Assembly: GCF_009914755.1 (NCBI RefSeq)
Contig: NC_060929.1
Reading direction: 5' to 3' (one strand)
DNA: 64,000 nucleotides
Source: the human T2T-CHM13v2.0 reference genome, Homo sapiens
The position numbers were made by a program, and so were the translations under genes. The notes under the pieces were generated by a model, which saw only the letters and a program-made list of their open reading frames with translations, had not been told where the DNA came from and made no database searches. Shown in pieces: positions 43,373 through 58,674 of this stretch. Position 1 is the stretch's first letter. Every line of letters starts with the position of its first letter.

Positions 43373-44419
43373 GGGAATTTCTCATCTTCTCTCTACTGCC
43401 TCTGAGTTGGAGATGTCAGAGGGAGCCATGGCCCACTGTAAAGTAACACAATGTCCCCACCCACAGGGTTAGAACCCCTCTTCTGGTGGCAGCTCTGAGG
43501 GGAGCAGTCACATGTGGAGAGTGCAGGGCTCTGTGTCCAGCTGGGGGAAGGAGGTTACCAAGGGGGTTGACCCCCCTCTGGCCAGGTGGCTGCCTTCTGA
43601 CACACCAGTCTCTCTCTCTAGCACGGTGGCCCCTACACACCCAGCCTGTCAAACCTACAGCCCTCGGGAAGGCTTTGGCCAAATCCATGAGCGGCTCCCT
43701 CTGTTAAGAAGGAAGCACAGCTGAAGCATGAGGAAGGCAGTAGAGTGTGTATGCTCCGCCGCGTCTCCCCACAGTCTGACCAGAAGGAAGGGGCCTTTCA
43801 GCCAGGCTCGCCCAGGCTGGGGTTGGAGTGTCAGTATCAAGCCAATGTCTTCTTGCTTAATGAGTGAGCCCAGGTGCTCCCGTGCAGCTGCCACCGTAGT
43901 GAGGGTGAACCAGCAGGAGGCTCCACGGCACTTTCAGGCTCAGGCTGCCTGGTGAGATCTACTCTGTGGGCTCTGTAGGCTGGTAGAGGCTTCCAGGAGG
44001 AGGAGGGGATGCAGCCACCAGTCCCCACTCCTGGGAGTCGTATTTCTGAAAGCTTGGGTATACAGTAAATATTAGGCTGTGGGCTGGTTTATCTATGGAT
44101 TTGATGTGGGAGGGTTATAGGTACAAGCAGTTTAAAGATGGAAATTTTGAGAGAACAGGCAGGGATTTAGTGCTGGGTAAGGCAAACAGGCTTGTCAAAG
44201 CAGCTCTTTTGGGGAGGCCAGAATCCTGTACCAATGTCCTCAGCACGTTCATCAGCTGCTGGGGGAGTGCCGGACAGGATGAAAGCACAGGAGAACTTTC
44301 TGGATGATAAAATGTTCCATATCTTCAAAGGAGGTGGGTTACATGGGTAATGCATTTGTTAAAAGTCATCAAAATGTAAACCAGATCTGTGCATTTCATG
44401 GGATATAAATTATACCTCA

Positions 44420-44744
<325 letters not shown>

Positions 44745-45382
44745 GGGGTTTTCAACATTCATTAAAGGCAGAGTAGCTTGTTATAGATTAGCCTCCCCAC
44801 AGGAACAGTTAGAAAAACTGGACAAAAATGTGTCCCCCCTTCCCCCCACCATCAAAAACAATTGTTGGAAGGTAATTGGAGACCTCAGCCAGGACTTGAG
44901 TGACCAGGCCTAGGAGGTGATCCTGACAGTCCTTAGTGCTTTTCCCACATTTGGTGATCGGTCAACAGTAGAGGGCTAAGAGGCTAAGAAACTGAGTATG
45001 AAGTGATAGTTAAGAGGCTGGAGAGCCTAGCTGAACGTTTGGCACTCTCACAGGGCTGAAATGACATAATGAGAATTTGGGTCCCAGTAAGGAGATGAGA
45101 CCTTGGTGGGGATCCTGGAAGGGCCACCCCTAAGAGTCCAAAAGAATAAAAAATAGACCAGCTGTCACAAAAACTAAAACCTGCTTTGAGCCAGCTTAGT
45201 CCCAAACTAGATGAAGGTGATCTGCTTGAACGCCAATTCTGTGCCATAAAGTCAAAGTCAGTACTCTCTGGAGGCAGATAAAACTTTACTAGGCATGCCA
45301 TAAGACAAGACAAGACGAAAGGAGAAAACAAACAAAAAAAACAATAGAAACATACATAGATATTAGAGTCCTCAGGTAGAAA

Positions 45383-45557
45383 TTTTTTTTTTTTTTTTTT
45401 TGAAATGGGAGTTTCACTCTGTCACCCAGACTGGAGTGCAGTGGTGTGATCTCAGCTCACTGCAACCTCAGCCTCCCACGTACCTAGGATTGGTGATCCA
45501 CCCGCCTAGGCCTCCCAAAGTGGTGTGATTACAGGTGCAGGCCGCCATGCCCGGCCA
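45383..45557 (-). mobile_element. Internally deleted Alu at the 3' end of the golgin pseudogene
   Basis: Both Alu ends present, middle missing. Confidence 0.85.
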
Positions 45558-46059
45558 GTATTTTGCCACAATTTAAAATAAATTTTCTTTTTTTCAAGTT
45601 TGTTCTCAGACTGTATTCACAAGGTCACGTGGCGGCTTACACTTCTGTAGGCCTTGTTGACCGTTCTTTTTAGATATTGATGATCTTGATCTTTTTCTTG
45701 TCTCCTCGGTAGAAGAATAGGATGCAGGAGGTGCTGCCTAAGCCTGGGTGCTCCTGGGTGTTCTTCATTCCAGGGGGCAGCTGCGTGATCTGCTGTGCAG
45801 TGCGGTTGTCATGGGAATAGCCCTTCCCAGCCTCTCGTGCAGGCTTCAGGCTGCCAGCATGGCTCATATCACAAGGATATTTGGAGGGAGGGAGGCAGGG
45901 CTCTGAGCACCGCTCCTCCTGCATCTTCTCCTCCTGCTCTCCCATCCTCTCCTTCTTCTCCCGCATCTTCTCCACCTGCCCCCGGACCTTCTCCTCCTCC
46001 TCCTGCATCTTCTCATACTCAACCCACAGCCTCTCCTCCTTGAATCACAGCCTCTCGAC

Positions 46060-47165
46060 CTGCTTCCGCATCTGCTCCTCCCGCTCCCCCATCTGCTCCT
46101 CCCGCTTCCGCACCTGCTCCTCCCGCTTCCGCACCTGCTCCTCCCGCTTCCGCATCTGCTCTTTCTGTTTCCGCATCTGCTCCTCCTGCTCCCCCATCTG
46201 CTCCTCCTGCTTCCGCATCTGCTCCTCCTGCTTCCGCATCTGCTCCTCCTGCTTCCGCATCTGCTCCTCCTGCTTCCGCATCTGCTCCTCCTGCTTCCAC
46301 ATCTGCTCTTCCTGCTTTCGCACCTGCTCCTCCTGCTTTCGCACCTGCTCCTCCTGCTTCTGCATCTGTTCCTCCTGCTCCGCCATTTGCTCCTCCTGCT
46401 TCCGCATCTGCTCCTCCTGCTTCCGCATCTGCTCCTCCTGCTTCCGCATCTGCTCCTCCTGCTCCCCCATCTGCTCCTCCTGCTTCCCCATCTGCTTCTC
46501 CTGCTTCAGCATCTGCTTCTCCTGCTTCCGCATCTGCTCCTCCTGCTCCCCCGTCTGCTCCTCCTGCTTCCGCACCTGCTCCTCCTGCTTCCGCACCTGC
46601 TCCTCCTGCTTCCGCACCTGCTCCTCCTGCTTCCGCACCTGCTCCTCCTGCTTCCGCACCTGCTCCTCCTGCTTCCGCACCTGCTCCTCCTGCTTCCGCA
46701 CCTGCTCCTCCTGCTTCCGCACCTGCTCCTCCTGCTTCCGCACCTGCTCCTCCTGCTTCCGCATCTGCTCCTCCTGCTCACCCATCTGCTCCTCCTGCTT
46801 CCGCATCTGGTCCTCCTGCTTCCGCATCTGCTCCTCCTGCTTCCGCATCTGCTCCTCCTGCTTCCCCATCTGCTCCTCCTGCTTCCGCATCTGCTCCTCC
46901 CGCTCCCCCATCTGCTCCTCCCGCTCCCCCATCTGCTCCTCCCGCTTCCGCATCTGCTCCTCCCGCTTCCGCATCTGCTCCTCCCGCTTCCGCATCTGCT
47001 CCTCCCGCTCCCCCATCTGCTCCTCCCGCTCCCGCATCTGCTCCTCCCGCTCCCGCATCTGCTCCTCCCGCTCCCGCATCTGCTCCTCCCGCTCCCGCAT
47101 CTGCTGCTCCCGCTTCCGCATCTGCTGCTCCCGCTTTCGCATCTGCTGCTCCCGCTTTCGCATCC
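46060..47165 (-). repeat. 21-bp coding minisatellite, 52 units, consensus ATGCGGAAGCAGGAGGAGCAG (MRKQEEQ coiled-coil heptad)
   Basis: ORF 46045-47163 is 52 heptads plus MRKQVERL, with no frame-breaking indel. Confidence 0.97.
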
Positions 47166-48288
47166 GCTACTCCTGCTCCCGCAGCTCCTTCTCCTGGTCC
47201 CGCAGCCTCTGCTCCTGTCTCCACATCTTCTCCTCGTGCTTCCGTAGCTTCTCCTGATCCCGTAGCTCCTCCTGCTGCCTCCACATCTTCTCCTGCAAAG
47301 TGTTGGTTTGAACCTCAAAAGGAAATAGAGTCATAAGCTAGGTATATAAATGTAATCTATAAAATAACGGTTTTCGTCTATGATTCTTTAAAAAGAAATT
47401 TTAAGCCCTAACCCTGAGGTTCTGATTTCCCAGGCATGGTCCCAATTTGTAGATTTTTAGCACACTCTATAGGATTCTATGGTGGGACCAGAACAAGGAC
47501 CCAAATTTTCCAGCTCCTGGCTGGAGCCTCCCCATACCCTGCATGATCCCTAGACCATGTCCCAGCTGGATGCGGCTCCCACACCCCCGGGGCTGCAGCC
47601 GCTCACCTGTGGCAGCGGGATTTTGTCCGTCTCCAGTTTCCTTTTTAGCTCCTTGATGTGGAGCTGGATCTCAGACTTTTCAGTTTCTACCAGTCGAAGT
47701 TTTTCTTGTAGTTCGGCATTTTTCTCCTTCAGCTCCTCATTGGTTATGCTATGGCCAGAGGCAGTAGAGAAAGGAATGAGCAAAGAACAGAAAGGACCGC
47801 TTTGGTGATCGACCCTCTACCCTCGCCCCACAACCACAGAACCGTGGCATTGGAAGAGACCCCAGGAATTAAAAGTCCCAGGTGGCAGGCCAGAGAGAAG
47901 ACGTGAGTTGCCTGAGGCTACCCCATGAGTCAGTGGCACAGCCATCACTGGAGCTTCCCTGCGCACACATGTAAACCTGTATGACCCCCTAGCATGCTCA
48001 CCTGTACCCACCACCTCCCAGCACACCACCCATGCTAAGGGCTCTCAGACCTCCCATCCCCCGCTCCCCCATCCTACATGTTCCTGTGCAGCTCCAGACT
48101 CAGGGCTTCCCTCTCCTTTGTTAACTCCTCGATGTACTGCAAATAGAGAAAGGTCAAGTCAGGATACAGCAGGCAGAGGAGCAGCTGGACGACCAGTAAC
48201 GACAGCTACACTGATGCTCCACAGTAACACTTGCTCCTCTCCATCACACCCGACATGTTCTCAAGGCATTTCCAAACCCATGGTGTCA

Positions 48289-48468
48289 TTTGTTTTTCTT
48301 TTCTTTTTTTTTTTTTTTTTTGAGATGGAGTTTTGCTCTTGTTGCCCAGGCTGGAGTGCAATGGCGCGATCTCACCCCACCGCAACCTCCGCCTCCCGGC
48401 TTCAAGCGATTCTTCTGCTTCAGCCTCCTAAGTAGCTGGGATTACAGGCATGTGCCACTGCACCTGGC
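48289..48468 (-). mobile_element. Partial Alu (right arm) in a golgin intron
   Basis: Alu consensus match. Confidence 0.9.
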
Positions 48469-48997
48469 TCTCACTTGTTTTTCAGAGAACTCAGTAAGGG
48501 TGGAAGGGACAGGGAAAGAGACTGAATTGATAGCTGGCTAACAGGGGCCCAGAGCGATCAGATAATTTTGCTATTGCTATTACTGTTATTACTACCACTG
48601 TTGGAACCTTTATTGGGTGCTTCACCAAGCACTAAGCTAACAATCCCACTTAATCCTCACAACCACCACAGGAGACAGTTATCATTATCACCTCTATTGT
48701 GTAGATGAAAAACATGGGGTATTAAAGGTTAAGTGCTTGCCTAAGATAACTTAGAGCTGGGATTTCAACACCCAGGTATATCTGATTCTCTAAACCCATT
48801 CTTTTGGTTGGGGGTAGGGGCACAGATAAGGAGGAGGAAATTAATCCTTTGTTGATTTTTGAAAGAATGATACATTGGCATAGTCCAAACCTCAGAAGGT
48901 ACAGAAGGGAAATATCTTCCCCCAACACTGTTCCTCTCTCCTGAGTTTTTTATGAATCCTTACAAACATGTTTTATGTATATTACCATAATACGTAT

Positions 48998-48999
<2 letters not shown>

Positions 49000-49040
<41 letters not shown>
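49000..49040. repeat. (CA)n microsatellite
   Basis: Read directly. Confidence 0.95.
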
Positions 49041-51894
49041 TGTGTTCCCTCTCTCTACACAAATGGTAACATACTAAAGATACTCTTCTGTACCTTCATG
49101 GTACAAGTACCCTAAACTCTGCCTAGGATTTGACCAAGGCCACAGCCAAGTATGGGTGGGGTGGGCACTTGGCCTCCGAGCTCTGTGTCCAGTGCTCGCT
49201 CCCCACAGCGCCCTGCAACTCACCCACAGCAGCTGACTCAGCCCCAACCTGCCTCTAACAACCACGCACAAAAGCAGCAAGAAATGGCCCATGCTGTCTT
49301 CTGGGCAGGACACTGCATCCTGCAGAAGGGACCTTTAGGCTCATTCCTCCATCTGCGAAGCTGGGCTCCCAGGGGACCGGGTAGGTGGTTGGACTCACCC
49401 TGTCCGCCCTCTTGTGCTCTGCGGACATAGCAGAGAGAGCCCGCTGTAACTCTCCTGCAAAGTACCAGGAATGATGCAGGCGGCCTGCCAGATCCTTGGA
49501 ATCTTCTGGAATGAGAGAGGTTGAGCTGCAGCCCAAAGGCCTGTGAAAGTGCCAGGTTGAAGGATGACGGGGTGCCCAGATTCCCACCTTCAAATTTCCT
49601 GGCAGCATCCTGGCTGTCATGGAGCACTGTTTCCAGTTCAGTTTTCTGACACTTAAGGATTCGTATGGTATGATCCTGGGCCTTTGGGAGACAAGAAAAG
49701 CAAGTGCTGAAAGAGAAGCAAAGAAACCTTCTCCAGAGGACAGGAGGGAACTTCACACCCTCCACTCACCTCTAGCTGCCTCCTTAAGGCTTGCTGATGT
49801 TGGTGGCTTGCCTTCTTTTCCTATAGAAAAGAAGAGGAAGACAGAGCTCTTACTAGAGGGAGGCAGAGATGGCACAGCAAGAGACATGCCCCCAGAATGG
49901 CACCACTGTCCCAGGACAGGCCCACCCATGGGACCAGGTTATCAGGGACCCTGTGGGGATGGGGTGGAATCTGGGAGGTGAGCCTTCCTCCCCAGGCTGG
50001 GAGTAGGTGAGACGAGACTGGGGCCTCTACATCTGAGTGCCCCCCAAACCCAGCGGTCATGTCGTGAGCAAAGAAAGAAATCATGTTACCTCTTTCAGCT
50101 GAGCTCGGTTCTGTTGTTTCTGTGGGGAGAGTCAAAGGAAGGTGACTGAGGGTGGCCCCTCGACTCTATTCCCCAGGCCAGGAAGCAGTAGGCAGGGGTC
50201 AGGAATGGATTTTAAGGGCAAAGTTCTTAGACCCAATGGGAACACGAACTGGTCAACTTTCCTTAATGCCCAAAGAAAAAGGATCTGGGTCTTTGTTGGT
50301 TTTTGCCCACAGCCACAGAACTGAAAGTCTGAAAGTAGATTCTCTGGAAAAGACAGTAACATAAACCTTCCGACATAAGAGTGTGAGAAAAGCCCACCCT
50401 TCTGCTAGCTTGTGATGTAGAAAGATGTGTTCATTCAACAAGCATTGAGCAAGCACATAGGGGCTGGGGACGGTTCTTCACTGCTGGGATATAGGACGGA
50501 AAAGGCAGACAGGAGCCCTTGGCCCCAAGGTTTCCATTCTAGTGAATCTTTAAATCTCAGACTCTCAGAGCAAACAGAAACCTCTGATACTCTAACTCTA
50601 CCTCCTCAGGAAACGGAAGCCCAAAGAGGAGGGGAGTTTACAGCAGGCTCTGGACTAGGGATTAACACAAAAACAACAACAACAAATCTGATTTAAGCTT
50701 CACACATGTAAGTAAAACATTACCACCCCTATTTTACAGATGTGAAAAGAGAGGTCCAAAGAACTCGAGCAATTTTCCCTAAACCGTGTCCCTCGCAGAT
50801 GGAGAGAGAGGTAGGATTCAGACCCAGAATTCTTAACCAGTACCCGGCAGTTCTTCCTTCCACAATCTTAAGTTACCCTCGACCTCCCCTTGTGCCCCTT
50901 GTCCTCAGGAGACCGGCCCCCCAAGACTCACATCCTCAGGTGAATGGCAGCCCCCCAGAAGTGGTTGTCTGAGGGTTAGTGCCATTATTTATTTTCTTCT
51001 TTTTGGTGTCGGTTGCTCCAGTACCAACACCAGCACTGTTCCACTGATGATAGTCTGTGAACTGTGGAAAAGAGGAGCAGTGATACTCATGAGAACTACA
51101 AGCTCCTACAGTCACTTTACAGTTTATACAAAATACTCTCATAGACGATCTGATTTAATGCCACCAACGACTGTATGAGGTGTTGTCGCAATCACTTAGT
51201 GACTGAGAGGGATTGATACCATGGCTAAAAGAAAGGCAATAATGGAACTGAAACTCAGTCTTCTGACTCTGAGCTCTGGGGTGTTGCCACAAATCAGCAG
51301 CTGCCAGAGACCAAAACCAGAGGCAGAGGTAGAAAAGTAAGAAGTAGGCAGGAAGGTGTACACTGTGTGGTTTACAGTCGTACATCCTCTTAGAGTCATG
51401 TATCCTCAGGGCAGAAGGCAGCCTTTCTGTTAAATGTGGGAATTAAACAGAAAGAGGACAACCCAAGCTGCATTTCAGAGAGAAGTCTTGTATACTCTTA
51501 GAAATCTATGTGACTATCATCCCTAAGAACATTAATGTTTTGTCTCTCCCACGAGAATCAAGGAAAACTGATGCTTCAGAAAGATGCCCCATATGTATCC
51601 TGTGGCACTCAAAGTACCCCAGGTTGAGATGAGACGAGGAAGATTCAAGTTGTCAAGTCCAGTTTCCCAAGATCTCTTGCACAGAAGATGAGCAAATCTC
51701 ACTTCAAAGATCACTGAGTGGTGGGCACTCTGGTCCCAGAACCATGGAGAATTCAAATATGAGGTGAAGAACTTAGAAAAAACTGTTAAAGTCTCTCTGG
51801 AGAGTAGAAGCCTGGGAGAAAACCAAACCAAACCCATTATCCCATCAGTGCTGTGCCCAAGTTGCCTCTTTGAGATTGGCGTGGGGTCACAGGG

Positions 51895-52192
51895 TTGGGC
51901 CCCAGGTACTTGGAGACGTGAGCCCAAAGAGCCCAGGGAAGTCAGGCTTGGGGCAGCAGTAGGTGAGGGCCGAGTATGGAGTGGGGAGCCCCAGGAGTCA
52001 CCTGCCCAAAGTCACCCTGGGGTGACTGGTGAGGGCAGGTGCTGGGGCATCCGGTTCCTTGGGAACGTGAGCCCGAAGGGCCCAGGGAGATCCGTTTTTG
52101 GACAATAGGAGGTGAGGGCAGAGTACAAAGCAGGGAGCCCCACGAGTCACCGGCTGAAAGTCACCCTGGGGTGACCGGTGAGGGCAGGGGCA
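51895..52192. repeat. Two-unit 149-bp tandem duplication in golgin intron 1
   Basis: acgtgagccc at 51916 and 52065, gtcaccctggggtgac at 52011 and 52160. Confidence 0.85.
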
Positions 52193-52449
52193 GGACTGCT
52201 GAGGGATTGGGGCTGACAAAAGATTTTGGTTGGGGGAGCCCAGAGGCACTGGGGGGGCCCAGCCCCATGTGCCTCTGGAGTGACATGGATTCTGGCAGCT
52301 GTTCTGCCATCAGAGGGGACCTGGGGCTGGGTTGGGGTTGGGGTGCTGCAATCCGATGCGTTTTACCTTTCTCTTGGTCCCAGCCAATTTTCTTTGTTGG
52401 GTTTTTTCGGACATCATGGGGTGGGGAGGGAGGTGGGGTTGGGGTCACA

Positions 52450-52730
52450 TTGGCGTGATCCAGGCGAGGACAGTGATATGCCTCCAGTCATGAACCACAC
52501 AGCTATGTGACTGAGCCACAGGAGGCGTCACCAGGGCTGCACTAGAATGCGGAAAAGGGGCGTGGCCTTAATGCTCCAAGCCCATTGGTCAATGAGAAAG
52601 ATGAAAGGGAAAGGAGGCGGGGCCAGGCAGCTGCGTGTCATGAAGGTCCTGTGATGTCACAAGGAAAGCCGCCCATGCAACTGCTGTCCCCGCCCACTCT
52701 GGGAGAGGGGCGGGGCTGGCTTTCACTTTC
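52450..52730 (-). promoter_or_regulatory. Golgin (GOLGA6/8-type) proximal promoter
   Basis: GC box GGGGCGGGGC at 52707-52716, CRE-like TGATGTCA at 52652-52659, CCAAT box near 52584, directly upstream of exon 1. Confidence 0.65.
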
Positions 52731-52968
52731 TAAACTTTAAAACTTTATCACCTTAATTGAGGTACAAATCCTGTTGTAATGGAAAATTTACAGTGTGCGT
52801 AATGATTAGTAAAGCAGATTATATTATCCAACATTCCAATAAGATAAAATAATCACAGTGATTTCTCTTTTTTGGAAAAAGTTTCTCTTATTCTCCTACA
52901 TGATTGTTAAGTTTTTTTTTTTTTTAAACTAGAGACATGTCTAATATATTTAAAAACACAAAGCTTTT

Positions 52969-53055
52969 GAGGTGGGTGTGGTGGCTCATGCCTGTAATCC
53001 CAGCACATTGGTAGGCTGAGATGGGCATATCACCTGAGATCAGGAGTCAAGACCA
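52969..53055 (+). mobile_element. Truncated Alu left arm
   Basis: Alu 5' consensus, ends abruptly. Confidence 0.85.
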
Positions 53056-53388
53056 AAATTTTAGTATTTTAGTGTGTAATTTAGTATTTATTTTAGTATT
53101 TAATACATCATTTAGGGCTACATGTAGCCACAGAAAGAATAAATCTGATTCAGTGACTTAAAGAAATATAGATTTCATTTTTGTCACTTAAAATGTGCAG
53201 AGGAAGGCAGTCCAGGGTTCTTTTCAGTTTCCTGATACTTCCTTAGCCTGGTTTCTATTCTTGTGGTTACAATGTGGCTGCTGTTTTTCCAGGCCTTGGA
53301 TTGCCTTCCAAGGAGGGAAAGAAGAAAGGTCAAAAGGCTGAGTTTGTCTCTTTTTAGCTGAAAAACATAGATTTCTCAAAAGTTGTAA

Positions 53389-53728
<340 letters not shown>

Positions 53729-53819
53729 TGCAATTTTCATCTTTTGGCTGCAAATAAGTTATGTCACTATTCTCAGCTGGGGGAGTGTTTAACTCACATG
53801 TTGCTTCCTCTCTGTTAGA

Positions 53820-55282
<1,463 letters not shown>

Positions 55283-56043
55283 TGTAAAAGAAAATAAAGT
55301 CTTGGAACCGCCAAACCTGTTATGCTAAAGGAGACATAAGTTTGGGAGCTTAGTCATGCAAAACTGCCATTCTTTCTCCCCAAAGAGATAGCTGCCATTT
55401 CACAACCCTGTGTTATGGCATTAGACATAAGCCAGGTCCCCACTACCACAAAAGGCCACGTACCTCTCCATGTGGCCCCCCTTACAAACTGTTCACAGGG
55501 ACATTCCCTGCTAGCCCCTAAATCTTTCAGGATCCATGTCCCCCTATAAAATAAGCATATGCCAGTTGTAACCCTGGCTCTGCAACCTCAGTTTAAGACG
55601 TAACACTGAGTTCTATTGAATCTGACACTGACAATGTTGATTACAGGTTTATCTTCCCAGGTACAGAACAAGAACATGAGATCAAGCACTCTTCAGGCTA
55701 TCCTGAGGTGGCTGCATAATTGACTCTTTCCTCCCTCTTTTCAAACGTTTACCTCGTCTTATGTAAAATGAAGATTTACTGAGCACTAATTAGAGCTTCC
55801 TAAGAACGTAACCACCCCTTCACTGCCTGCTCCCCCTCCCTTTCTTCTCTCCTGCCTGCCTTCTCCCCTTACATACTGAGTTCCCAAAACCCTCTTTGGA
55901 AAGCAGGGGTCACAGTCATTTCTGTGGCTTGTGTTTTTTCCGGGGGTGTCGTCAAATTGTGGCTCCACAAAGCTCTATTGATGTGGGCACTTGCCTCAGT
56001 CGGTGGCTCATTTTTTGTTTTTTTGTTTTTTGTTTGTTTAACA
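55283..56043 (+). mobile_element. ERV1 (MER4-group-like) solo LTR
   Basis: TG...CA termini, 5' tgtaaaagaaaataaagtcttggaacc...agtcatgcaaaactgcc, internal cccaaaaccctctttggaaagca. No clear TSD. Confidence 0.65.
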
Positions 56044-56119
56044 GCTATAAATACAGATACCCCTGTTTTTATTTACTTAGTCTTTGCTTTGTCAGTCTTT
56101 GACTGTCAATTTTTCTCTT

Positions 56120-57150
56120 TTAAAAATAAATTTTCTTGTGTATAGTTAAGGCTTACAACATGATGTTAAAGGTTATATATAGATTGTAAAAAGATTCCTA
56201 TACTGAAAGAAATTAACACACCAATCGTTTCACATAGTTCCCCATTTCCTTGTTGCTTTTGTGGCAAGAGAGGTTGAAATCTACTCATTGAGCATGAATT
56301 TCACATACAGAACAATTTTGTTCGCTGCAGTCCTCATGTCATCCATTACATCTCTAGACTTGTTCATCCTTCATACCTGCTACTTTGTATCCTTTGGCCT
56401 CCATGGCCCCAATTCCTCCCCTCTCCTACCTCCCCTGGTAAACAATGTTTTGCTCTCTATCTCTGTAGATTTATTTATTTACATTTTTACATCCCACATA
56501 TAAATGAGTTTATGCAATATATGTTTTTCTGTGTATGCTTTTTTTCACTTAGCATGACGTCCTCCAGCCTCATCCATCTTGTGGCAGATGGCAAGACCTT
56601 GTTTGTTTTAGGGCTGAATAATATTCCATTGCGTGTGTGTGCCACAGTCTCTTTATCCATTTATCCATTGATGGACACTTAGGTTGTTTCCATATCTTGG
56701 CTATTGTGATTAAGGCTGCAATGAACATGAGAATACAGGTATCTTTACAAAGTAATGATTTCATTTCCTTTGGGTGCATGCCCAGAAGAGGGATTGCTGA
56801 GTCATATGGTAGTTCTATTTTTAATTTCTCTAGAAATCTTCATACTCTTTTCCAGAATGGCTGTATCAATCTACATTCTCATCCATAGTATGCAAAAGTT
56901 CCCATTTCTCCGCACTCTTGCCAACATTTATCTTTTGACTTTTTGATAATGGTCATAAGGGGTGTGAGGTGGTATCTCAGTGGGTTTGATTTGCATTTCC
57001 CTAATGACCTACAATGCGGAACACCTTTCAGATACCCACTTGCTATTTTTATGTCTTCTTTAAAGAAAGGTCTATTCAAGTTCTTTTTTTAAAACATTTT
57101 AAAAATTGGGTTATTTGTTTTGAGTTGTATCAATTATTTATATATTTTGG
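56120..57150 (-). mobile_element. L1MA-type 3' end (ORF2 C-terminus plus 3' UTR)
   Basis: Minus-strand ORF 56570-56779 gives [32 protein letters not shown], the L1 ORF2 C-terminus. Confidence 0.92.
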
Positions 57151-57151
57151 A

Positions 57152-57437
57152 TTTTTTTTTTTTTGAGACAGGGTCTTGCTCTGTTATGCAGACTGGAGTA
57201 CAGTGGCACAATCACAGCTTACTTGACCTTCTGGGTTCAAACACTCTCCCATCTCAGCCTCCCAAGTAGCTGTGACTAGAGGCGCACACCACTATGCCTG
57301 GCTAATTTTTAAATGTTTTGTTGAGACAGGGTCTCACTACGTTGGCAGGCCTGGACTCAAGCTCCTGGGCTCAAGTGATCCTCCCACCTCAGCTTCTGAA
57401 AGTGCTGGGATTAAGCAGTGAGCCACTGCACCTGGCT
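57152..57437 (-). mobile_element. Alu (J-type)
   Basis: AluJ-like motifs. Confidence 0.92.
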
Positions 57438-57461
57438 AAATGTTGGCTATTTACTCCTAAT

Positions 57462-57573
57462 TGGCTGGGTGCGGTGGCTCACACTTGTAATCCCAGCACT
57501 TTGGGAGGCTGAGGCGCTTGGATCACTTGTGGTCAGGCGTTCGAGACCAGCCTGGCCAATATGGTGAAACCCC
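57462..57573 (+). mobile_element. Truncated Alu left arm
   Basis: Ends abruptly at ggtgaaacccc with no linker or tail. Confidence 0.9.
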
Positions 57574-58307
57574 ATAATGAAGTTTTGGCTTCTTTAACTG
57601 GGAAGTGAGGATCGTGACCATCCCTGCCAAACAGGAGAGGAGATGGGCTGATTCCTAGACATTTTTCTGCCTTCTTTGTGCAAAATTATTTCTTTCTGTA
57701 CTTAAATGAGTCTGTGCCTATAAAGGACACCTGAGTGTGGCAGGCTCCTGATGAGTGGATGTGAATTCTAACTCAACACTTACGCTGTGCTTGGATATAG
57801 CAATCCTTCCCAACTTTCATATGTGGTTTCCATCCTTCTTTTGCCCTTTAATGACTTACTTCTTGATCATCAATCCCTTTTATTCCTCCCATAGCACGAT
57901 AAAATGAACAAAATAGATGACTTGATTGTATTATTTATATTCTATCTTCACAATGGATCCAAGTTAAAACCCTCTTGAATGCCAATTAAATTCTTTGCAC
58001 AACTCATCAACCAACTATATACATTTACTTGATTTTTTTAATTTCACTGAATTCTAGCACATTCTGATTTGTGGGAATAGATACATTGATCCCAAACTAC
58101 AAATGATTAATTTTAGATGCTAAAACATGTATTATTCATAAAAGAATATTTTTCTTCAAATTATACACACCCAAAGCAGCTAAAATTAATAATGAATAAT
58201 TGACTTGATTTTCAAATAAATACTGTACATTTGTGAAATTTTATTTGACAATTTTTTAATTTTTGGAAGAAGTTTCAGAGCTATTAATGTAAGAGGCTTC
58301 ACTGTGA

Positions 58308-58674
<367 letters not shown>

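Larger units (their letters stand above)
45670..52417 (-). pseudogene. GOLGA6L7: GOLGA6L7-like golgin A6-family gene copy, nine exons, disabled
   Basis: GT/AG-bounded exons: 52417-52367 (MMSEKTQQRKLAGTKRK), 51061-50932, 50119-50090 (KQQNRAQLKE), 49820-49770, 49681-49588, 49505-49399, 48136-48078, 47748-47607, 47313-45670 (ends GDKKKIKIINI*). Closely matches the recalled GOLGA6L7 protein but with substitutions, so it is a paralog or a non-human ortholog. Lesions: extra G in a G6 run (50951-50956) giving TGA at 50938-50936, TAG at 47169-47167, TGA at 46047-46045. Confidence 0.88.

Noticed and set aside
46060-47165. Regular 21-bp array as CRISPR-like
   Set aside because: Head-to-tail units with no unique spacers, eukaryotic context, and it encodes coiled-coil heptads.
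45881-47257. 458-aa Cys/Ser-rich and 286-aa Leu-rich plus-strand ORFs as genuine genes
   Set aside because: Antisense shadows of the golgin 21-bp repeat with TTG starts. Kept only as a hypothesis in findings.
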